A stretch of 62,179 bases of DNA, counting the filler, from Choristocarpus tenellus KU-1152 (taxonomy: Eukaryota > Protista > Phaeophyceae), in NCBI GenBank assembly GCA_964200185.2. It is 9 parts of 9 records of this genome, joined end to end, with 100 filler letters (N's around TTAATTAATTAA, not from the genome) between each part and the next. Parts side by side here need not be neighbours in the genome. Positions count along the whole stretch, not along the records: positions 41,024 to 57,831 come from CAXNAD020000770.1; positions 57,932 to 62,179 come from CAXNAD020015489.1; 7 more parts are not named here. One strand, written 5' to 3'. This document shows, piece after piece, positions 52,906-62,179 of the stretch. The notes under the pieces were generated by a model. That model did not search any database. It was not told where the DNA came from and saw nothing but the letters and a program-made list of their open reading frames with translations. Position 1 is the stretch's first letter; every line of letters starts with the position of its first letter. A program made the position numbers and the translations under genes.

Positions 52906-53484
52906 GTAACAGACTAAATCTTAAACTAAGTTCCTTCACTGCTAGTACTTGAAAGCGGCAGTTATGTTGTTGATTCTATCTTGACTTAACTCCCTGTCTT
53001 TTGGTTGCTGTTGTTGAAGGATGCAAAGGAAGGTTGACAAGTGGTAGTTTCTCCACCATAAAAGGCCTCACTCCACATCATATGGTGTTTGTTTAGGGAC
53101 GACCATTCCCCTTTCCTCTTTCACTTGTCATTCATTACAAGGAGTAACAAGTCGGATCGATATCGATCGATACGGCGGCCGATTTCGTAATGTCACCCAC
53201 TTTGTCACGCGTGTTGATTCGTTTTACGATTTATGATACAATCGATGGGATTTTCACCCCCACTCTGTCCTTCTAGTCCAAGGAAGTACTCCTTCCTGAT
53301 ATGAAATCCATCCCTCCATCCCAAACTACCCCCCCATATACAAACCATGAACAACAAATATCGTCATCAAAGAGGTATGGTAGAGTGATATGTGATATGC
53401 GATGCCCGCAAAAAATAATATAAATGATGATTGATTGTGGGTTTTTAAAAGTCAAGTGGGTTGGGATAGCGAGAATTGATCGGC

Positions 53485-55686
53485 ATGGAGAGAGCGAAGC
53501 CCTTGAAGAGGAAGAGGTACGAGCATGGAAATTATGAGGGATACTATAGTAAGCGGTACTCCCAAACAAAACCTACGATCGATCACGACGGTGATATGGA
53601 TCCCCGCCTCAAGCTGGTCAAGGCGTCATGGTTTAAGGGCAAGGAGTGCTTGGATGTTGGGTGCAACTCTGGTGTCTTGACAATCGCTCTTGCAAGGAAA
53701 TTTCGACCTAAAACCATGGTTGGAATAGATATTGACGCCACGCTTATATGCTTGGCCCGCAAGGTATGAAAATATCGTGATTTCAACCTCGAACGTCGAC
53801 TTGATGCAACCTCAATGATATCTGTGACTCCCAAGGTGGCCTTGACTCTCGTGTAATCCCCTAGTAATTGAATGTGGTGCATCATAGAAACTTTAGTAGG
53901 GAAAATATCTCCCTTATGCCATAACTCAGATTGATCTCAGGGTCTATTCCTTGACGCCCACTCCTGTCTTCAACTCGAGATTTTGAAAAGTTGGTTTGCA
54001 CCCTCCAACATGGACTCTCCGATCTCCTGTTTTAGAAGTTTATACAAAGCTCGCTGTCTAAATTTTGACCTGTGAAATTTGGAAGGATTAACTTGTTTGT
54101 TACATTCCTCAGGCTCTATTGGCAGGAGCGAATGCAACAGCAGAAGAGTCAAAGAAGGGAGTGAACGTGGTTGAAGGCCATTTGCAACTGCTACCACGAG
54201 CCCTCCGTGGCAGCGCCTCCAAGGGGGGACAAGGGAACTACGACCTCCAAGAGTGTGTATCCTTCAGGCAGGAGGACTTTCTTGCACCAGAATCCTCACG
54301 CACAACGCCTGAAAGTTCACTTGAAGATGTTGAGGAAACGTATGAGGGTCTGAGGGGAGGCGAGCCCCTAACCTACGACATCGTAACTATGTTTAGCGTG
54401 ATCAAATGGATACATCTCAATGGTGGAGACCGGGGAGTCGAGAGGGCATTTCGGAGGGTACATGCACTGCTGCGGCCGGGAGGGTACTTAGTGTTGGAGC
54501 CGCAGGTGGGTGTACTGGGGAAGGAACAGTTTCACTCTCGCCCGCTCCACTCTATGTAGTACGTAGTACGGGATACCAACAGGAGAGGCACACCACAAAA
54601 ATGTATTGCTGATTTGATACTTAACTTCGGAGTGATGTGAACGAGTGGTTTGCTTAACTTTGGGTAAAAGAGTGTCTCGCATGAGAGGCTCCAATAAGAA
54701 TCGTTCTGTGGATGCATGCTCAGGAGGGGTACTTGGTATTTTCAGCATATAGCAAAAACATGGATACTATGCAATGCATGAGTGAAAGTGCCTTAGCAAT
54801 TCATTAGGAGAAACTCGTTCTGTGTCTCCCATTCCACCATTTCTGTAGTCGTGATATTGTGAGTAACTGCTATGTCACATTACTGCTGCTTGTCCAATTC
54901 AAAGAACTTAAGAAGTATGTCATTTTGCCTCCTTGATGCTGACATACATGTATGTATGCTGTTTACTTGAGTGCATGAATGTGGCCATTGCGCATTTTCG
55001 CACAATATTCTATTTACTGTGATATATCATGTGTTTCTTGAGCTCACATATTATCTGGATTGCCCAGCTTGTTCTTTTTACTTGTTATTCGGTGACTGCC
55101 TACCCCAATTTTGTGTAGGAATAGTGGCACACATTCTGCAATAATTTTGTTTATACTGATCATATGCAACGCCATTATGATCTGATCTCACTCACTGTTA
55201 AATTAAAGTAGCACCAAAAGTAGTGCCACTTGTACTTAGAAGTAGTACAGCAAAACGGTGCATGTAATTTGCTATCATGTATAGATAGCACTTGGTTGCA
55301 ATTCACCCCGGTCATGTTTGGCAAGCACTGTGTGAGAGCACGCAGTGCTTTCTCGTACCCATACTGCACACATTTTGTTGTTATTTCTACAAACCAAAAT
55401 CTTGTTCCAGTGACCCTTTTCATGGCCCACTCTGCTCCTGATATGTGCACTGCGTTTGTCGCATGGTTGATCCCATTAACAGGCATGGAAGTCCTACCGC
55501 AAGAGTGCTGCAAAGCATGGCACAGCCACTGCTAAGGCAAACTTGAAGGAGATACGGCTACGACCAGAGGACTTCCCTGCTCTTCTTACCGGGGATATTG
55601 GGTTCAAGTCCTGTGAAGATCTAGGTGCACCGACAGGGGCGGATGATGGGTTTGCAGATCGACACCTGTACCTTTTCATGAAGTGA
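53485..55686 (+). CDS. MEPCE: Bin3/MePCE RNA 5'-methylphosphate capping enzyme, complete; exons 53485-53763, 54113-54505, 55483-55686
   Basis: HGNYEGYY..R, DPRL, LDVGCNSG, GIDID, SVIKWIHLNGGD, LRPGGYLVLEPQ-AWKSYRK, IRLRPEDF, GFADRHLYLF. Confidence 0.95.
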
Positions 55687-57931
55687 CTATTTGGTCTATG
55701 ACGCTTCATTGGAGTAAATATTGATAACAAATGAAAAAACAGAATACCTACACAGAGTCGTAGCCATGGACTCGCTTATATGGGTTGAACAGTGTTTCAT
55801 CAATTTCAAAGTTTCTCCACCAACAAGCAGCTATTTTTCTGCTCTTGTATCAGTGCCTCATCGCACTCCCAAATAGTCTTCTCGAGTTTTTTTTGTGTGT
55901 TCGATGTATAGTGTTGATGCCATGCACACACACCCACACACTGGCCTACTTTCAGCCAACGTTTCATTGGTTGGAAGCTTAGTGCTTCCGTCGACCTACC
56001 TGGAGCCAGCGCTTTAAATCTAAGTCCCACCCAGGGAAATGGGCTGATAAGAGCACCTAGTTGGTCTAGCACGTGTCGAAGACTGGAGGGATACAAGACA
56101 AGTGGCTGGGTTTTGTCATAGAACATGCTGTCAGGGTATCCCAATATTAGCACCCCGACCATAGGCCCTAAGTAGGTGACAAGAGGGTGTTTGCATAGCT
56201 TACTTCATTGTTCGGTTTACAATAGGCCTGGGGAGATCGGCACAACAGGTATCAGAGTGTGTTTCATAAGGTCCAAACTTTGTTAAATCTGACCTTGTAG
56301 TAAGTTATGGCTAGTAGTTTGAGTGTTAGCAATTGACATCAGCGGGAATTTATGTATCGACATGTTGGAATTATAGTTGATTGTGATAAGGTGAAGAGGG
56401 TGATATTGTAATTAATATGATCAACAAGCATTTTGTTTTATAGTTTTTCAAGTAAGTTGAAATAAATATATGAAGTTGAAGACTGCAGAAGGTTATCTAG
56501 AGAACAATGTGTTATGATATATCTTTCTTGCGGATTTACCAAAGACAAGCACTAAGCTTTACAATACTGCACAATCACTTCAATACAGTTGTTTTTGGAA
56601 CAAAAAAAGTTGAAATGGTGTAATGGACTGTAAATTAGAGTGTTTTTGGAGATGTGAATAAGAGAGATTGAAAAGTACTAAATAAAAAATTATCGAAATT
56701 GAGGGGGGAGATTCAATTGTTCTTTTTCGAAGCGGTCGTTTCGCGCACCAATTTATGCTATCGCTGTATGTATTTTAATAGTAATTGAGTATCAAGGAAG
56801 TTATTGAGCTGATCTCAATTTTGCTTACGAGGATTGTGTTAAATTTTAAGAAATGAGTTTTGTTACTTTCTGGTCACTTTCATTTCCCCCAGGACATTAC
56901 GTAGTCCTAAAAGAGTACAATATTTATTTGAATAATTTCCTTTCTTCTAGGTATTGTGTCAGTCACAGCATAAGTCGCCATCTCAAGGCATGTGATGCAC
57001 TTCAAGGTAGAGACACGAGGCTGGTAGGCAAGGCGCGACTTGACTGACTCGTGGGACTCCTCTCCAATTTCTACATTGCCTTCATAGTGCCAGTTTAGGA
57101 TCATTTTCACCAGTGTTTTGTCTCGAAAGGTTTCTTGTTTTCGTATTTTCAAATGCGCGACAACTCTCACTGACTGGTGTATTATTAGAAGAACAGAAGG
57201 AATTTTTTGAAAGCAATACAGACTACTATTGTCATGTCGTCTGTTACATCCTTTCCCCTTTACACTACTGTTCCTTCTTGTTTCCTCCATGACAACATTT
57301 CCAAAAAGTGAAATGTTAGTGCACAAAGCACTAGTACGTACGAAGTACTACTTAAATACTGGAACAAAAGTTGCAGTAGCAGTTTGGTATTATTATGTTA
57401 ACAAAGACAATGTGAGGGATAGGTCGCTTTTTTGGGATATCCCGACACTAATAATGAGGACAATACGCGAGGTCATGTACTGTTGTGCACGCCATCTCTT
57501 GTCATTAAGGTCAACCCAGGTGACGTGGTGTAGTTGAGACACACGACTGGCTTACTGTAACCCCGACATGAACCGTGGATTCAAACCAGCAAAGCCCAAG
57601 ATTGTATTTTCTGTTCTGATAGGTCGTAACCAATCATAGTGCAGATTGATCCATGACACTCAGCAGCCCTCAGTCTCAACTCTCACTTCCTTTCTGAACA
57701 TCATCTATGGTGGTTTTCATCACACCCCATCACACATTACCAGACCTTGTAACAAATAAGTAGTACCAGGTTGAAAGATATCTTGATATTTCAAACATGG
57801 TGTGGAAAGCATGTTTGTCTGTTATTATACCNNNNNNNNNNNNNNNNNNNNNNNNNNNNNNNNNNNNNNNNNNNNTTAATTAATTAANNNNNNNNNNNNN
57901 NNNNNNNNNNNNNNNNNNNNNNNNNNNNNNN

Positions 57932-58096
57932 GAGGGGGGGGGGGGATCTACAGCAGGGTGTCCATTCGGGCCCTGACCAGAAGAAGCGCACTTACATCAT
58001 CAATCCGATGCATGCAACCAAATTCACTCAAAAATGCAACATGGAAAAATGGGCCCCGAATGGACAGCCGCCACCCCCTCCCAGATACTTTGAGCC
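57932..58096. mobile_element. MITE family B, truncated at contig start
   Basis: Ends gaatggacagccgccaccccctcccagatactttgagcc. Confidence 0.85.
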
Positions 58097-58502
58097 AAAC
58101 CACCTACTGAGAACAACAGTTATGTTACAGGCACCCCTCAGAACTCACCTCCACAGGATGTACAACTCAAATCCAACGACCTTAAATCGACGCTATGGGG
58201 GCGTTGCCCTTGATAACACTTTGTAGGGTGTCAGGTGTCCTTCTCTTCTTGAGAATTCCACTCAGTGCTTAGCTCAAAGCTCGCTTCAAAGTTTCGTTCA
58301 AGATAAAGATAAAAGAATGGAGGCAAGTGGGATGGCTTTGGCCAAAATCCCTCTAAATGTTTTCATCATCCACCCAATTTCTTTGGTCTTCTATGCAACT
58401 GCTCTACACAACTTCTTAGGGACTTTGACATTTTCTTCTGTAATGTTACGTATGCATTCCGAATCTTACTCTGTATCTTCTATGAAATCATTTACTCTGT
58501 AA

Positions 58503-58660
58503 GACAATATTGTTCCGGACACACCTTTTCATAATAACGTATACATTTACTTAGTCCAAAATGTTTTGGAGTAGGTAAAATGTAATTTAAAACCCGTTGG
58601 AAGCCAAGCCCCAAATGGACAAATAGGGAAAAACTCTTATCCTCTAAGATACTTTAACTT
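58503..58660. mobile_element. MITE family A, 3' half
   Basis: Matches 30010-30172; ends cctctaagatactttaactt. Confidence 0.8.
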
Positions 58661-59434
58661 TCACTCCCTTCGCGCAAGGTTCCTTTAACCTGGGTGCAAC
58701 CTCCAAAGACTACATCGACTGTACAGGAAGGCCTTCTAACACGTCACGGCTACAGTGAACCCCCAACTGCTCAGGGTGCATGGGCGAATGAAGGATGGGT
58801 GCGGAGTTGCGGCGGCGCGCTTGTGGGAATACACTCAGTTGTAGTGCAGGCACAACTCTTGTTATAAGCCTGGAGCTGCAGTTCCACATACACTTTTGCT
58901 CTGGAGCAGTGACTGGTGGAAGACACATATACGATGTGTAACCAGTGAAACCCCTGTGGGTAATTATAGCAAATAACAGAAGACAGCCACAGGGGCCCCA
59001 AATGCTTATCCACTCTCCCCTTTAAGATAGGATGATTCTGTTACAATAGCCACAATAGTACTAATCGGTTGCCAAGAGAACACGACAAGGGATACTATGC
59101 AGTAAGTGTACATGAAGTGCACACATCCACATCTATCTAGAGGTTTCCTTCACAAGTATATGTCCTCTTCCATCAAAATAGTAGGCATGTACCTTCTCAT
59201 TTCAAAATCACTACATTCAACGTTGCATGTATACATATTTTGTCCGCAGATGAGTCAAATAGGTGGGCATGGGGCATGCATCTGTTCACTGCCGCATCCC
59301 ATACGTCACTCTCTTTCATAGGTATATAGTTCAGGCTACGAGGACCAAATGTTCTTAACCGGTGAAGGGTGTGAATGGTGTAAGGTCTAGGATTAAGGCG
59401 GAGTTTTTTCAGGCAATCTTGAATTATATGCCAC

Positions 59435-59908
59435 GCGATGGAACACTAAGCTCGTGACGCAGCCAGTGCAGTCACCAGATCTCAACATCAATGACTTTTT
59501 TTTTCATCTCTGAAGAGCAGGGTTTGGACAGAGCATAACGACACCATTGATGAACTTGTAGAGGGGGTTTTAAGAATGTTCCACGTGTACAAGGCAGACA
59601 CACTTGAGAGGGTGTGGAAGAGTGTGTTTAAGAGGTACAATCAGGTGTTAAGAGCGCTAGGGGGGAACGACTTCGAGGTAGAACACACTGGGGCCAAAAA
59701 AAGGCAGCAGGAGGGTGGGTCGGCTAGATCAGTTGAAGCAGACTGAGCGGCAGCCGTGGATTAGTGGGTTGACGGTGTCGAATAAAGGCGAGACATAGTT
59801 TTTCAATGTAAAATATTCCAAGGAATCCAACGTAAAGGTCAGCTTTGTAATAGGAGGTCATCCCAAAGAGCTACAACTTAACGGCCCAGACTTATGGGAC
59901 AGAGGGAG
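59435..59908 (+). mobile_element. Tc1/mariner 3' fragment (same family as 32926-34785)
   Basis: KLVTQPVQSPDLNIND-encoding segment; right TIR ...acttaacggcccagacttatgggacagagggag followed by TA. Confidence 0.9.
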
Positions 59909-62179
59909 TATCAAACAGTGTTACAAGTACACCCCAAGAAACAAACATGGTCAGAACTCCACACCTGGACTGCTTATATTTGTAGGTGTTAGCTCATTCA
60001 AGGTAGCAGATACGCCTTCTCATTGGCATATTTGAAAACTCAACAAGAGAGTGAGATCAATCCATTTCCCTGCTTGAGGAAAGTAAGAACATTTGTGCTC
60101 TTGCAAATGTACTTGGTGAAGCTCTCTGCCATTGATGATGAGCGTGATAGAGAAAAACAAAAGTGGCAAACACTAGACTGCACTCTATTCATGAAATATT
60201 TTCACATAACACCCGTTGCTTCCATTGCTCCTGCAATGGTTACCGAGGAAATCTGTAAGGAAGCTGTACAGTTCTTGGAATATTAGACATATCCTGCAGT
60301 GATGAATTGGATTGAGATGATGTTTACCACAACTCATCACTTCACCCAATCAGCTCAAAATAACAAGGAACGGTTCTTGACAGTGGCGAAACCAATTGAT
60401 CCCGGCTCTGGATGGTGACTTTGCAACATTGCATGGACCTCGTTGTCATTCTCAATATACATCGCCAACAGAGGGCCTGGATTGTGAGGCCTTCTCGTTG
60501 CTCCACTGGCTTCTATCAGGGTCAAATCTAAGGTCTTGGACATTTCTGTTCACTTCAAAACCACAACAAACAACCGACTAGTGAGAAGGACTCTTTTCTT
60601 TTCCAGTTTGTTTATGTTTGGCTGTTCTTTGGTACACAGAGGATGCATAGCTGGCAGTTTTTGTCTATGAGGACGCTACCTGGTACATATGCTCACCAAG
60701 TGCTGCTTCTGTTTTGTCAGCTAGGACTAACAGCATTGTGTAAACACCAAGTATCCTAGTAGTAAACAGCAGGAGTGTTCAGTACGGAAAGAGCATCTAA
60801 ATATTTCAAAGTTCAAATCCTCCTCCACATTCACAAGAAGCAAGGTAATATGTGCCTGCCTCCTCGTACAGGAGTCATGATCTACATCTACGTCCTTGCT
60901 CTACTAAAGCATGTGTTCTTTGAGGAGAGCTGCATGCTCACCCAGCTAGTGCAGCACACAGTCTGAAAGAGGCTCGGGCACCACACCTACCACCTCTAAG
61001 CTTGCAATTAGATGTATATTATGTAAGCAAGCCTTGGTCCAAGCCTGAGAGTGATCGGATCACTCCTGTAGAGTGTCCTAACACTCGAAGGTAACTGTCC
61101 TTCTCACCTACTTGGATTACCCACATCTTCTTGGTTTACTGCTAGAACCTCAAATCAAAACCTAACAACACGCCACCTACCTCATCGTTCTCATATCTAC
61201 TATTCTTCGTCCTAAGGATCCCAACCATAATGGACCCTAGGCGATTGTCAAGTTCTAACCGAACACTACATCTATTGCACTACTTTGCACCATATTGAAT
61301 CCGGTGGGGACTCCATATACATAATGAGAAGAAAAAAATAACTCCTGAAAAAAATGGTGTGTGAATACATACAACAACAGAAAGAGACAAGGGCAAATCA
61401 CAATGTGCACAACATACAATCTAGTATGCAGGTGCACAATGCCAATGCTCCATTCAGGTACAACACACACCAAGCAAGGACGGCATAAAAAATCTTTACT
61501 ACTCCCTTATTAGAGCTGAAGAGTGCCATTCATGCCAACTCACTGGCATTTTTGTGGTTCATTGAAATCTTTTCAAGAACAGAATCCCCCCTGATTCAGA
61601 AAAATAAAACAAATATCCTGATAGATAAAGAGTCAGCAGGCTACTGAACTCCATTTTGTGGCTGGATTGAAGTGCCATCTCAAAAATGATGATTAGGTTG
61701 AGTCAGCCATGAAATGCAACAGACACAAAACAATAAAAACACAACAAACTGTGTACAGGGATCTCCGTAGAAAACTGATCAAAACTTAATTTGTTTTCAA
61801 CACGATACCCACAAAACATCCCCAAAAATAATAGCTGTGCCAGGCGAAAAAATGCACAGGTAACTTTCCAATAGTGTCATAAGCTACAGTTTATTATACT
61901 GATGCCACTCTCACTCCTTCTCTCCATCATCTCTCCCCCCCTCACCACTCCCTCCAACCCCATCCCCAGTGTTAATGTTGCTCCTGGCAATACCAATATT
62001 GTTGAGTTCAGCGCTACCTATACCTCTGGCAGTGCCAACAACTACCCCTCTCATACTGTGACCACTTTGCACTCCAGTATTCACCCCTCCCCCCCCCCCC
62101 CCCCTTGTGGGTGCAGTAACTAAAGCAGTAATTGAACTTTCCTGGGTCTCCCCTGTCTGGGGGGGGGCCTCCAGAGACC

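Overview
Intron-rich eukaryotic genomic DNA, most consistent with a stramenopile/brown-algal-lineage genome (inferred from the EsV-1-7 repeat gene, a bipartite plastid-type presequence and the TE spectrum). The window is not contiguous: about 9 contigs are joined by artificial N44-TTAATTAATTAA-N44 linkers. Spliced genes reconstructed by hand: RER1 (3'-truncated), an acyl-protein thioesterase/LYPLAL1-like hydrolase (partial), the 3' end of an orphan gene, an EsV-1-7 Cys/His-repeat gene, the 3' half of a MAP3K-like kinase, an archaeal-type (COG2521-like) methyltransferase with an apparent plastid presequence (partial), a secretory cyclophilin, TRM61 and MePCE/Bin3. Mobile DNA: several decayed CRE-like (RT + restriction-like endonuclease) non-LTR elements, one full-length and one partial Tc1/mariner, and at least 15 copies or ends of MITEs that share a 14-bp terminus ending AAAGTATCT, mostly with 3-bp TSDs. 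No CRISPR, rRNA or tRNA was recognised, and no clearly novel multi-gene system could be demonstrated. The best leads are the plastid-type archaeal methyltransferase, the one-repeat-per-exon EsV-1-7 gene, the shared-terminus MITE system and the CRE-like element.
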